Below the pieces are notes generated by a model that searched no databases, was not told the origin of the DNA, and worked only from the letters and a program-made list of their open reading frames with translations. A DNA stretch of 64,000 nt from the human T2T-CHM13v2.0 reference genome, Homo sapiens. Made by a program: the position numbers and the translations under genes. This document shows positions 22,681-36,222 of this stretch, one piece after another (position 1 is the stretch's first letter; the number at the start of each line of letters is the position of its first letter). The stretch lies in assembly GCF_009914755.1 (NCBI RefSeq), contig NC_060927.1; one strand, 5' to 3'.

Positions 22681-25029
22681 CCCTTACCACTGACACAAGA
22701 TTGTGAAGCCTGTGAACAAGGGTGGTTTTTTACTGTGGTTGTCCACAGGTCCCTGAGCCCCTGATCTATGGAAGCAAGAATGTTGGTGTTCAGACAGATT
22801 ATTTGGAAGAGTGAACCCTGAGGGCCAATTTGGCAAATAAAGTGGTGAAATGTCCCCCTTTGTCTTGAAGCGTGAAGCCCTTCCTGCTGTCAGGCTGAGG
22901 TGGAGATGAGCTCAGAGAGAACTCACAGTGATGCAGCTCCAAGGGGGCAGGCGGGCTTGTGCAGCCATGGGGGGAGGAAGGAATGAGATCAAGAATGGAA
23001 TCTGGGGGCCCTGGGAAGTGGAGTCCCAGCATGACAAACTGTACTAAATGGGAGAGAGTGAGGAGGCTGGGGAGGGGATGGAAATCATTTAACAGCTACA
23101 CTTTTCTTCCTACTAGCCTTGGCTTCCTTAAGGCCTCAACATGCACTGGATTCTAAATATGCAAAGCAAGGCTAGCTGTAGACAAAAGGAGGAAAGAATG
23201 AGGTGGTGATGTGATGAGCTGTAGTTTGAGAAAACCCCAGAGACTGAGTCTCCTGGAGTTAGACTGGGAGACTTGCTCTTTGGGAAAGCCCATAGGCCAG
23301 AGACATCAAAGTGCCGGTAAGAATAGGGTTCCCCTTGGGTTACCATCAGTTGGGGATGCAATAACTACAGCATTTATCTTTAACTTAAATTTTTAATTGT
23401 TAAAAAAATAGGTAATGGATTCTCAAGATAGGGGAAAAAAAATTCAAACTATGTAAAAGATGTATAGTTCCTACCCTATTACCATTTCTGGTTTCTTTCT
23501 AGAAATAGTCTATGTGCATTCAAGCATATTCATGTATATCGTTATCTCCTTTTTTCCTGTATATTAATGATAACATAGTATACACATTGTTTTGTACCTT
23601 GTTTCCCCCCGCCCCCCCCAAAAAACTCTGTCTTTGAAGATACTCTGGTATGAGAACAGATAGACCTGCCTTTCTTTCTTTTTCACTGCTGCATTAGTGA
23701 TAATACAGGTACGCCATCATTCATTTGTACTGGTCTTCCAGTGACGAACACTTCTGCTGCATCTAGTCTCTTGCTTGACTTCTGTATTTCTTCTTTTAAA
23801 GTGTAAATGTTTGGCACAGGTGCTTTTTTCAGTTATTTCAAGTAAGCGATTTTGGTTTTCACAGGATCCCTAGGAGATGGCTTTGGCAGACAAAACTCGG
23901 CTCTGAGGGATGATGTGTTTTGGTCAAGGTCATAGAGTTGACAAATGGGAACTTGAGTTTAGGTCTCCTTACTCCACTTCCAGTGTCCTTTTCACTGTAT
24001 TCTAGACCAGAAGAATAAAGAATATATAAATCCACATATAAGTCGTATGTGCCACAGCAAAAGCCTGAGTTCCTGCCTTTCTTTACCAGTGATCTGCAAA
24101 TCAGGGTCTGTTGAGTGGGGTTTTCCTTGTTGTGACTTGTCTCTGGGACCCCAAGATAGGGCCAGGCCCAGAGCAGGAGTCAGGAATCCCTTGTTGAACA
24201 AATGTGCACCCTGGGCCCTGAGATTTGGGGCTCACTGTGGCCATTGACTTCAGGGAGTTCTCCTAGGATACGGCAAGCTGCCAGTACATTGGTTGGAGTA
24301 GAGGACCTATACTTTATACTTTGCAGGTGAACATGTTGACTTAACCATCAGAAGTCTCCAGATGGAAATGTCTTGCCCCATCACTGTAGTTTAAGTGGTA
24401 TTCCTTTAAGAAGAATAACTTGGATGCCAGAACCAAAGGCCTGTGCTATTGGACTGGGCCAGTGAAGACAGCACAGGCATTTTCCAGTTTCAGTGAAGTT
24501 ATTTTTGGTCAAGGCATTTCCTATTTGAAAACATTTGCAGCTCCTCATGGGTCCGTTGGTGCCTGGAGGTATAGGGCTTTTCAGAGGTTATTGTGATTGT
24601 CCTTGAAATGGTGGCCTTTGCAGTTGGAGTAATGTTCTGCAGAAGTTAGAGTATCGCTATCTCTGATCAGAGTCTGGCACTGCTAAGGAGCTACAGGGAT
24701 ATGTACCAGCTTCCTCGCCCAGCATAGGGAACACGCTTTTCAATTCATGTCTGCACATTTTCCCACCTGAGGCAGCTGTGCCTTAGCCAGTTGGGCCCCT
24801 CTGAGAAATACTGCTAATACAGAGCGACACCACCACTCAGCTCTGTGGAACTTCTCCCCAGTGGCCTAAATGCTGATTCCTGGGACAGTTCCAAATATAG
24901 GTTCCCCACTCCCGCTTTATAGGAACCAGTTTACCAAGACCTGGAGGCCACCACTATGTCTCATGCCTTTCTTTCTGCATCCTGCACATTCTCAGTACCT
25001 TCCAGACTCTTGCCAAGATGCAGGCTCTG

Positions 25030-25356
25030 GAGCCATATCACAAATTCAGGTGCCTTTTAGGGCCTGGCAGGAGGCAGATGGAGGGAAGCAGCACATGGGA
25101 AGAACTGTACTTCTTTACACTGTGTGAGTAGACCTGGGCACACTGAAGACCCACCACTCATCTCAACTGTGCATGGGAATGCAAAACTGGAATACCTAGA
25201 TTTTGTCATTTTTAAGGAGAAGCTGGAAATCTGGATTTTCAAGTGAAATGTCCCATTTTAAAATATAGGCTTGAGTTTTTTTGTCACACAGTATGGGTCA
25301 AACAAAACATGTCTGCAGCCTGGATCCTGCCTTTGTGCTACCTTTGGGACCTTTGC
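25030..25356 (-). mobile_element. MER102-like hAT-Charlie DNA transposon
   Basis: gagaagctggaaatctggattttcaagtgaaat...tgggtcaaacaaaacatgtctgcagcctggatcc matches the MER102 consensus as recalled. Confidence 0.65.
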
Positions 25357-26382
25357 TCACTTCTCTGCACCGCCCTTCCAGCCATCTTTCTGCAGAGGCT
25401 TGCTGTCATGTTTGAGGGTTTTCCTTTAGGCAGAGTGGCAGACATCTGTCTCATTGCTGTGGGGGCCACCAATATGGTAGAATGGAAATATGTTGCTCAC
25501 CTTTTAATGTGTGGATTGGCCATCCCATAATCTTCTTTTGTGAAATGACTGCTAAATTCTTTTACACATTTTTATATTAGGTTGTTTGTCTTATTGTTGA
25601 TTTGTAAGAGTTCTTATATATTTAGGGCACATGTCCTTTGTCAGATAACACATACTTAGATGATTTCTCCCGGTCTATAAATTGCCTTTTCATTTTGTTA
25701 ATGGTGTCTTTTGAAGGCTTTTAATTTTGGTGAACTTCAATTTATTATTTTTTCTTTTATGGCTTATGCCTTTTGTGTCCTCTCTAGGAGATCTTTGCCT
25801 TTGCCTATCCCAGAATTGTGAAGATAGTCTCTAATGTTTTCTTCTGGAAGCTTTAAAGTTTTAGCTTTTATGTTTAGGTCTGTGTTCAATTCCAAATTAA
25901 TTTTTTTGTATGGTGTGAAGAAAGGATTGAAGGTTTTTTTTTTCCTCATATATGTATGCATTGTTTCAGCACTACTTATTGAAAAAAATTTGTCTTTCCC
26001 CTTTGAATTGCCTTGGCATCTCTTAAAAAAAATCAAGTGACTGAATATGTGTGGGTCTACTTCTGTGCCAGTGCTCTGTTTACGTTTATTGTCTTCTCAT
26101 GCTATCTTGATTGCTGTAGTTTTATAATTTTGAAATGAGGTAATATGAATCTTTCAACTTTGTTCTTTTGTTTCAGCTCTTCTAGGTCCTTTGCATCTAT
26201 ATAGATTTCCAAGTCAACTTTTTTTTTTTTTTAAGTATTGGAATTTGGTTGGCATTGCATGGAATCTGTAGATCACAACTGGGAACAATTGATATCAGTA
26301 TTGAGTATTTCAATCCATGAACATGGTATATCTTCCTATTGATATAGGTCTTTAGTTTTTCTCAGTAATGTTTTATCGTTTT

Positions 26383-26758
<376 letters not shown>

Positions 26759-26764
26759 TAAGTA

Positions 26765-26811
26765 TTTTTTTTTTACTTTTTTGAGACAGGCTTGCTCTGT
26801 CATCCAGGCTA
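26765..26811 (-). mobile_element. Severely 5'-truncated Alu stub (tail plus about 28 nt)
   Basis: T-tract followed by gagacaggcttgctctgtcatccaggct, then an abrupt return to L1 sequence. Confidence 0.7.
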
Positions 26812-26915
26812 TATATTTTATTATTTGACACTGTTGAAAATATTTTTTATTTTCCAATTATTTACTGCTAGTATATAGAAATACAATTGATTTATATATT
26901 TTGAGCACATGTTGC

Positions 26916-27269
26916 TGTCTATGGTTTGAATGTTTGTCCCTTTCAAAACTCATGTTTAAATTTAGTTGCCATTGTAACAATATTAAGAGGTACAACCTTT
27001 AAGAGATGTTTAGGTCTTGAGGGCTCCACCCTCATGAATAGACTAATACTGTTATCCCTTTCTTGCTCTTTCTCTCACCTTTTCTTTGCCCTTATGCCAC
27101 TTGAAGCCTTCTGCTAGGTTCTGACACAGCAAGAAGGCCCTTGCAAGATGCCAGCACCTTGATATTGGAATTCTCAGCCTCCAGAGTTGTGAGGCAATAA
27201 ATTTCTGCTCATTATAAATTACCCAGTCTCAAGTATTCTGTTATAGCAGCACAAAGTGGACTTAAGACA
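26916..27269 (+). mobile_element. MST (MSTC/MSTD-like, MaLR) solo LTR inserted in L1
   Basis: ctatggtttgaatgtttgtccc...gagggctccaccctcatgaat...cagcaagaaggccct...aataaatttctg...tataaattacccagtctcaagtattctgttatagcagcacaaa...taagaca. Confidence 0.88.
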
Positions 27270-27714
27270 TATATGCTGCAAAATCTTTTCCTGCTAAATT
27301 GCTCACTAGATCCTTGCTAAAATTTCTCACTAGATTTAGTAGTTATTTTGTGAATTTCTGAGTACTTTCTTTGCAAACAGTTATGATATCTGGAAATAAT
27401 TCCTTTCTACACTTTTTGCCTTTTTTCCCCCTAGCTTTAATTCACTTGCCAGGAAGTACAGTACAATGTTCAACATAAGTGGTGAGAACAGATATCTTTA
27501 CCTTGTTGCTGATGTTAGGGGCAAAATGTTTATACTATTTCACTATTAAATATGTTAGCTGTGGATTTTTTGTGCATATCGTTTATCAGATTCAAGAAGT
27601 TCCTTTCTGTTTCTGATTTGCTGAAAGCTTTTATCATAAATGGGTGTTGAATTTTTTTGAAATGCTTGTTCTGCTTCTATTAAATTATTATATAGTTTTT
27701 CTCCTTTATTCTGT

Positions 27715-27777
27715 TAATTAAGTTACACTTATTGCTAAGTAGGTTACATATATTGTTAAGTAAGTTACATATATTGA
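27715..27777. repeat. Three tandem copies of a 21-bp unit (taagtaagttacatatattgN)
   Basis: taattaagttacacttattgc / taagtaggttacatatattgt / taagtaagttacatatattga. Confidence 0.85.
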
Positions 27778-29068
27778 TTTTTGAATGTCAGACCCACTTT
27801 ACATTCCTAGGGTTAATCCTATTTTGTTATGAAATATTATTCTTTTTATATATTGCTGGATTTTGATTTTACATTTTAGCATTTTTTAATTCATTTTGAA
27901 TTTATGAGGTATATTGCTCTTAATTGTCCTTTCTTATAATGTCTATGTCATGTTTTAATATCAACATTATTCTGGCCTCATAAAAAGAGAAGAAGTTTTT
28001 GCTCTTTTTTTATTATCTGAAATAATATGTTTAAAGTTGGTATCACTTCTTGCTTTAAAGTTTGGAATAATTCGCCAATGAAGCTATGAGGGCATATAGT
28101 TTTCTTTAAGAGGAGTCTTTTAATTATGTATTTAAATATATATATGATGTATATTATATATGATTCAGATTTTTATTCTTGTGTGTGTTTTGTTGTGTTT
28201 CTGTAAGGAATTAGCCTATTTTTGTCTACTTATTGGCATAAAGTTAATTGTAATATACTCTTATTATCTTTTAATGTTTTTTGAATCTGTAGTGATATCT
28301 TCATTTTATTTCTAATATTTTTAATTTGTAATTTCTCTCTTTATTTTGATCAGTCTTGCTAGATGTTTGTTTATTTTATTAATCTTTCCAAATAACCAGC
28401 TTTTGGCTTTGTTGATTTTTTTTCTTTTGTTTCTTGTTTTCTATTCCATTGATTTCTCCTCTTTATTATTTCCTTTTTTCTACTTTCTTTGGGTTTACTC
28501 TGCTGATCTTTAGCTTCTAAGATGAAAGCTGAGATCCTTAATTATCAACCTTCTTTTCTAATATAATATTTAGAACTATAAATTTTCCTATAAGTACTGC
28601 TTTAGCTTTATTTCAATGATGTGCCATTTTTTAATCATTTGGTTAAAAGTATTTCAAAAATTTTTACAGAATTTCTCCTTTGACCCATGGGTTATTTATA
28701 AGTGTTCTTCTTACTTTGCAAATGTTTGAGGATTTTCCAGTTAACTTGTTGTTAATTTATACTCTTATTCCACTGTGGTCAGAGAATACACATTTCATGT
28801 TTTCTGTCCTCTGAAGTTTGTTGATAATTATTTTATGGTCTAGCCTATGGATTTTGGCAAAAATACAGACCTATATGATGACTCTGAAAATGTGTATAGG
28901 CAGATGATAGCAGGTGTTGGCCTAGGTGAAGGCAGTTGTGGATGCATAGAGAATCAGTTCAGAGTAGAAAAGCTTCCTATAAGGACATCCTCTCCTTCTT
29001 TTGCTAATTTTCTGTCTGTCTCTCCTAGTAGATATTTATATTTGCTAATGCCTTTAAAAACTTCCCTT

Positions 29069-29338
<270 letters not shown>

Positions 29339-29374
29339 AAAAACTTCCCTTATAGGATCACATTAATAACCCGA

Positions 29375-29585
29375 GCCACAGAGTCAGAAAGTGCTGCCTT
29401 AGAATGCCCTTTGTCACTTTCTGGCTTGTGACCTTGGGTGAATGACTTCACCTTTCTGAGCCTTAGTTAATTTTTCTAAAAGGGTAATGGGAGTATCTTC
29501 CCTGTGGAGTTGTTGGGAGAATTAAATGAAATTTTACAAAATGCCTTTCACAGTTCTTGGCTTTGTAAATGGTAAATATTTTTAG
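29375..29585 (+). mobile_element. MIR SINE
   Basis: tgtgaccttgggtgaatgacttcacctttctgagccttagtt...gttgttgggagaattaaatga. Confidence 0.75.
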
Positions 29586-31107
29586 TGGTAGCAGTACTCA
29601 AAGAAGTTAGGGAAGCTCACACACAAAGGTGGCTGCTTCTCCCCTTTGGACGGTAGTCAGAGGCACTTGTTCTATTCTTGGTGAGAAGGCTGCTCCCTAC
29701 CTTCTGCTGTGCCCTTGGCCCCTCAGAGATCCAGAGGAGAGAGCCAGCTCAGAGCCAGCACTTCTGTAGACTGGCATGCTGGTGCTCTTGCAGGGGTATT
29801 GTGGTTGGGAGCCATTAGGGGTCCTCACTGGGGTGCCTTAGACCAGATACCTGGTGAGGCCCAGATATCCCTCCTTCCCATAGGGTCCCCTAGGGCTAGG
29901 GTGGAGGACTATCTGTCCTTCCTAGCCCTGAAGATTGCCAGGAATAGAGTTTGCTGACCCTGTTAGGGGCTGACAGTTGAAGTACATACAGGAAGACCTG
30001 CCTCTTCCTGAAAGTTTGTTCTGGGAAGGGGAATTTAGAGGGGAAAAGTGAATTAAGTTCTATCATATCTGAGTGTTCTTAAAATGTCAGCTATTGAGCC
30101 TCTAGAAATGACACATAAATTCTCTGCTAGGCACAACAGGTAAAGGAGAGTTTCAGAAGTTGTGCCAAGTGCCCCCTCTGGACTGAGCAGCAGGGCCCCA
30201 GACCTAAGTCAGACACTGGCTCCACCATCAGAACTCATGACCTTGTGGGACAGAGAGAGCCAAGGAAGTAGAGCACCTGTACACTGGGGGCACTTGAGAT
30301 AGGGAGGGACCCCAAGGGAGGGTCTGGTTGGCTTTCTTGGAGACATGGAGGGCTCTGAGAAGAAAGAAATAGGTTTACTAAGTGGAAAAGGTAAGGGGAG
30401 GGTATTCCCATCAGAGGAAACAGCATATGCAAGGATTGGAAGATGCCATTCCAGACAATTGGAATGGCAGACTGTTCTGATATTTGACATTTTTGTTCGA
30501 ATTAGAATTGTCATGAAACAAAAACAGAAACACATCATACCTCCAATGTGTGTTGCTGCCATTTTGATGAACTATCAATCTCTTGCATGTACCTCCAGGC
30601 CTCTGCTGTGCCTGTCAGGGAGGGCTGTCCCCATGATGCCTGGGAAAATGGCTATGTCTCTGCCAGCCACAGACCAGCATGGGACATTTCGCTGGCTGCA
30701 CCATGTGTGGTGTTTGTCCGTTGCTGGAATGTGCTCAGTTGAGGGGAATTGTTTCATTTGGTCATCCAGGCTCAGGTGAAACAAAAAGAGGCCAATGCAA
30801 AAAGCTGCAGCTGATTCCAGGCACCCCCAAAATGTTTTCTACTCAACACTGGCAGCAGTGCGATGTCCCCTCAGCCCTGCCTTTGGTGGTGTCCAACTAC
30901 AGGAGCTGGATGGCCCTCTGGCTGCCTCTTGGGGCCTGGGAAGCAAAGGAAGCAAGTTCAAATCTGTCACCTGTTTGTAGTTTTCATAATTTTTGATTTG
31001 GCATTTTGATCAGTCTGTTTTTGGTCAAGGAAATGCATCCGTATCTCATAACAGGAAACCCCTTTTGTGATCTTTACTTCAAGGCATTTTTCTGTACTTC
31101 CCCCTAC

Positions 31108-31133
31108 TTTTTTTTTTTTTTTTTTTTTTTTTT
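31108..31133. repeat. Poly(T)26 mononucleotide tract
   Basis: Direct count. A second tract (T18) lies at 31254-31271. Confidence 0.95.
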
Positions 31134-33826
31134 GCTGGCAAATATACAGACCTAGTATGATATGTGTGTCTTATTAAAAGTTCAACATAATTCATTGCCA
31201 TTGGTTTGTTTACAAAATAAACAATTCCAGGGCCTTCCAACAATTGAGGCTCCTTTTTTTTTTTTTTTTTTAAATCTTCCTTGGGGCTGGAACTGTGGTG
31301 AGAAGATGGAGAAGGACCCAAGTTTGGGAGAAGTCACGTGGTTCCATGCCTGCTTCCTGCCAGAGTCCCAAGCAGGTGACCCAGCAGTCAGCTGGGGAGG
31401 CAGACACCCCAGCATGGCCTGGACCCTGCTCTCCTCATTTATGTGAGGGTCTCAGTGGGGTGGTGGGAACCCAGGAAATTCTTGAACCTTCCTCAGCCCA
31501 TTCATCCTCCTGCCCAGAGTCCCCATGGGAAGTATGTGCATAGGCACTAGCAGAAAAGCAAAAAAGGAATGCTTTCCAGCGTGATGTGGTGGGTTTGGTC
31601 CCCAGCCCCAGCCTCAGCTCTTGTGACTGAGTGACCTATAGGGCAGCTTTAACCTTTCCCCTGAGAAAGCACATGTTACCATGGTCCAGAAATCACCCGC
31701 TCATCCCAGAAGAGATGGAAGGATAGAGAGTGAGAGATTATCCAGGCCCTGGTACTGGGAGCTGAGCTTGCCTGGCTGCCTTTGGTGGGAGAGGGCCCTG
31801 GCAGAGCATGAGATTTCATCATCCTGAGCCCACACTAGGATGTCCCGATGTTGGAATACCCTAAAAGCTCTTCTCTTGGAAAACGTAATCCACGTAGGAT
31901 CTTGAAATATGACCAGCAGGATGGGGCTTCCTGTCCCTGGTATGCAGAAAGGGTGAGTGGAGGCAGGAGGAAGGATGGTGTCTGAGCTGGCCATCCCATG
32001 TAGCTAACACAGTCCAATGCCACTCTGTCCTCATCCTGGCCACCCATAAGCCTTTCTTGTCTCCTCTTTCCCTTCCTACCAAGTCCAGCATTTGCAAGCC
32101 ATCCTGATGCTGGCCCTTGCTTTTCTCTGTAGCCTCAGCTTTTCTCATTCTTCTACTGATAAAGCAAACTGTAGTTCTCCTGTTTTCTCAGCATACTCAC
32201 CTTCATGGCCATGCACAGACCTGCAGGGCCTGTGTCTCCTCGTCATCCGCACAGGGGTATATCCATGTGGGCACCTCAGGAGGCAGCTCGAAGGTTACCT
32301 CCTCACTGACCTTCCTGCCCCTCCACGCTACACACATATGCCCCTCCGTCTGTCTCTCTGGCATGTGACTACCACTGTGACCTTGCTGCAGTTATCCATT
32401 GGCCTTTGTGCCCCTGAGATGGCCTGAAAGACACGATTTGGATTTGTCCCAGTTGGCATAGGTGTGGCTTACAGTCAGTACTCTGCGTGTGTTGGCCAGA
32501 AGGCCCCCAGTGGCAGTCAGGTGGTTGTGATCTTGGAGTGGGGTAGAGGAATTGTAGCCAATGCTATTCCAATGCTAGCCAATACCAAAGCTGCACCTCA
32601 TGCTCTACATCACACAGGGAGGGACCTCTGGAGTCCCAGAGGTTTGGCAAAGCTCCCTGCAGTCTTTCTGTTAAGAGTAAATAAAGAAGCATGATATCTG
32701 AGGTGGTGAGTACCCACTGATGAGTTAGTAGCATAGAGCTGGCCTCCGTCCTCTTGGGAGACCATAGGCACATACCAGGGATGAACAGCATGTAAGAATC
32801 AGGGGTGCCAACTTGGGCCTGAGAGGGAGGGGTGGTCAGGGAGATGTGTACAGGGAACACCAACTGAAGGCCCCGGTCCCCCAAGGGAGGACAGCTTGTG
32901 AGGGCTCACCGAAGGAACACAGGAGAAGTCTAGCCGAGGATTTATGCTTACCCTTCTCTTGATTACCATCAAGTGTGATGATAACTTTCGGAGAACTGGC
33001 TCTACCAGTGCCCCTTTCTTTATTTGTGGATTGAGCCCCTGAACCTCACTGCTGTAGTTTCCTTTGTGGAAGGAGAGATTAAAGAACCTTCCAAACTTCC
33101 TGTGGGTCAAGATGCCATCAGGAGGAAAGGAGCTGGTGTGGGAAAGCCCAGCCCAATCCCAGCTATGAGAGCAGTGTCTGGTTGTGGAACTCTGGCACAC
33201 ACCCTTCTGTGGACCCCACGGTCATGCTGAGTTCTGCATTACTCCACATGTCCCAGAGCTTCCTGCCTCATTCTCATGTCTCGGATAGCCTCATGGGAGG
33301 GCTCCAGCAGAGCTTTGAGTCTTGTGCAGCCTGCCCTTGATTCTGGGCTCCAGTTGCATGCCTTGTTCCCACTGGCTCTCCCATGCTAAAAATTAGATAT
33401 TTTTTGAAAAATTGAAAATATCAACATGTTAAGTTATAAAATTAGGCACTTTTTTGCCTAAGCTACTCTCACCACACTCCTAAATCTTAGGTTCAAACTA
33501 GGTAGTTGTCTCAATTTTGCTGAAATAGTCCATTGGCTCCTGGCCAATCCTGCTGACTTCTCCAAGTACTTCCTGGATGCCTCTGGGGCACACATTGCTG
33601 CAGTCCAGGAGCTGAAGCCAGTCAGTAGGCCCTGGGACAGCCAAGGAGGGTGCATCACATGTGCCCTCAGGCAGGGAGTGGGAATCCTCCCAGTTTACAG
33701 CAATATTTTGCCAGATAAGCTGACACAGGCTTCAAGAAATCACCTTTTCCCCTTGGAACAAATGGGGGCATATGCCTGGATCATCTTCTCTTACTCCCTT
33801 GTGCCAGTCTATGACACCACTGTTTT

Positions 33827-34109
33827 TTGTTTTTTGCTTTTCTGAGACAGGGTCTCTGTCACTCATGCTGGAATACAGTGGCGCCATCAGCCTCAACCTC
33901 CCCAGCTCAAGCGATCTTCCTACCTCAGCCTCCTGAGTAGGTGGAACCACAGGCATGCACCACCATGCCCAGCTGATTTTAAAGTTTTTTATAGAGATGG
34001 GGTCTGCATGTGTTGCCCAGGCTGGTCTCAAACTCTTGGGCTCAAGCAATCCTTCTGCCTCAGCCTCCCAAAGTGCTAGGATTACAGGCATGAGCCACCA
34101 CACCTGGCC
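33827..34109 (-). mobile_element. AluJ element sitting at the 3' end of the adjacent L1
   Basis: gagacagggtctc and ctcttgggctcaagcaatcc are J-type diagnostics; ends cacctggcc. Confidence 0.92.
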
Positions 34110-35184
34110 ATTTTTTAAAATAGATACATAATAGTTGTACATATTTGGGGGCACATATGATATTTTGATACATTCATGCAGTGTGTAATGATCAAATTAA
34201 GGTAATTGGGGTATCTATCACCTCAAACATTTGTCTTTTCTTTATATTAGGAGCATTCCAGTTCTTCTAGCTACTTTGAACTATACAATACATTATTGTT
34301 AACTATATAGTCAGCCTACTGTACGTTAGAACACTAGATCTTATTCCTTCTGTCTAACTCTGTAACAATTAACCAACCTCTCTTTATCCCATCCCCCTGC
34401 CCACCAGCCTTTGGTAACCACCAATCCACTCTCTACCTCCATGAGACCCACTTCCCCACATTTGAGTGAGAACATATGGTATTTGTCTTCTGGTGCTTGG
34501 CTAATTTCACTTAACATAATGGCCTCTAGTTCCATCCATGATGCTGCAGATGACAAGATTTCATTCTTTTTTATGGCTGAATAGTATTCCATTGAGTACA
34601 TATAGCACATTTTCTTTATTCATTTATCTCTCAGTGGGTACTTAGGTTGATTCCATATCTTGGCTGTTGTGAATAGTGCTGCAGTAAACATGGAAGTGCA
34701 GATATCTGTTTGATATACTGATTTCCTTTCTTTTGGGTATATACCCAGCAGTGGGATTGCTGGGTCATATAGTACTTCTATTTTTACTTTTTTGAGGAAC
34801 CTCCATACTGTTTTCCATAGGAGCCGTATCAATCTAAATTCCCACCAACAGTGTACTAGCATTCCCCTTTCTCCACATCCTCACCAGTATCCATTACTTT
34901 TTGTCTTTTTGATTAAAGCCATTTTAACTAGGGTGAGGTGGTAACTCATTGTCGTTTGGATTTGCATTTCCCTGATGATTCGTAAAGTTGAGCATTTTTT
35001 CATATACCTGATGGCCATTTGTGTGCTTCCTTTAGAGAAATTTATTCAGGTCTTTTGCCCATTATTCATCAGATTATTTATGTGTTTTTGTTTGTTTGTT
35101 TGTTTTTTGCTATTAAGTTGAGTTCCTTATACAGTCTGGTTATTAATCCCTTGTCAGATGGATAGCCTGCAAATATTTTCTAGT
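34110..35184 (-). mobile_element. 5'-truncated L1MA element (ORF2 C-terminus plus 3' UTR)
   Basis: ORF 34620-34862(-) HCWWEFRLIRLLWKTVWRFLKKVKIEVLYDPAIPLLGIYP and ORF 34341-34610(-) MEYYSAIKKNEILS..WMELE are L1 ORF2p C-terminal sequence. L1MA-type 3' end gtgtaatgatcaaattaaggtaattgggg. Confidence 0.93.
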
Positions 35185-35983
35185 CACCACTGTTTTCTGG
35201 CTTGTAGCATGTGCTCAGGAACTACTTGTTGAGTGCTCTGTGAAGACAAAAATATTTTGATGTCCGTGACCACCTGACACATGGGGAAGGCCTGGAGGAA
35301 GGCATGGGAAACCCAGAGCACAGACCTGGGTTCAGGTCCAGGCCAACAGCTGACTCCCTTGTGTGTTCTTGGTCCTGTTCAGCTCTATGAGCTTTACTTC
35401 CCTCAGCCCTAACATGAGGATTATAAGTAATACCTGCTCCTCAGAGATGACCACGTATTTCATAAACCTTAGCCTTCTTCTTCGTTGCTTTCATAGAGTT
35501 ACTGTGAGGATTAAATCAGAAAAGGCAAAAATGTCAGGAGCACCTCGTGCACTCTTGAGGTGTGATCCAAGTCCTGGGGTGGTTCCTGTGTGTCCTGATT
35601 GTGGCCCTGACTTTGGCTCTGCCCCTTTCCCAGCATGTAAGCCCTGTGGCTTTCTTTGGTTTGGGGTCTGGGCCTGGGCAGGGGTTTTCTTCCCCAGGTG
35701 ATGTTCACTGGTGGTAGTCAGCTCCCCGGCAGAGCAGACCCCCAGCTTGGAAAAGGAGCATGTGTTCTTCCCAAGTCTGGGTGTGCTAGAACTGGCCTAG
35801 AGATTCTGGAACAGCTGTTCTGGCCACCTCCCCAGCTGCCTTTCTCTTTGTCCCAGAATTTCCCCCATCTTAACTTCTTTCTTTCATCTCCCATTCTTGA
35901 CTCCAGCACTGTAAGCAGGAATCTGGCCTTTTATCTCATTCTTGGATCTTGATAGGCTGGAATGATGGTAAAAAGCCAATGCG

Positions 35984-36222
35984 GGCCAGGCGAGGTGGCT
36001 CACGCCTGTAATCGCAGCACTTAGGGAGGCTGAGGTGGGTGGATCACGAGGTCAAGAGATCGAGGCCAACATGGTGAAACCCTGTCTCTACTAAAAATAC
36101 AAAAATTAGCTAGGCGTGGTGGCACGCACCTGTAGTCCCAGCTACTCAGGAGGCTGAGGCAGGAGAATCACTCCAGCTTGGTGACAGAGCAAGACTCTGT
36201 CTGAAAAAAAAAAAAAAAAAAA
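35984..36222 (+). mobile_element. AluSc element with two internal deletions
   Basis: ggtcaagagatcgag is the Sc diagnostic. Lacks about 9 nt (ACCATCCTG) and about 50 nt of the right arm. Poly(A) tail and a degenerate TSD aaaaagccaatgcg / aaaaggccagtgtg. Confidence 0.93.

Noticed and set aside
34341-34862. ORFs with clear protein similarity (also 25764-26036 and 40039-40248)
   Set aside because: Fragments of dead L1 ORF2p, broken by stops and frameshifts. The RT motif is mutated (FAND rather than FADD).
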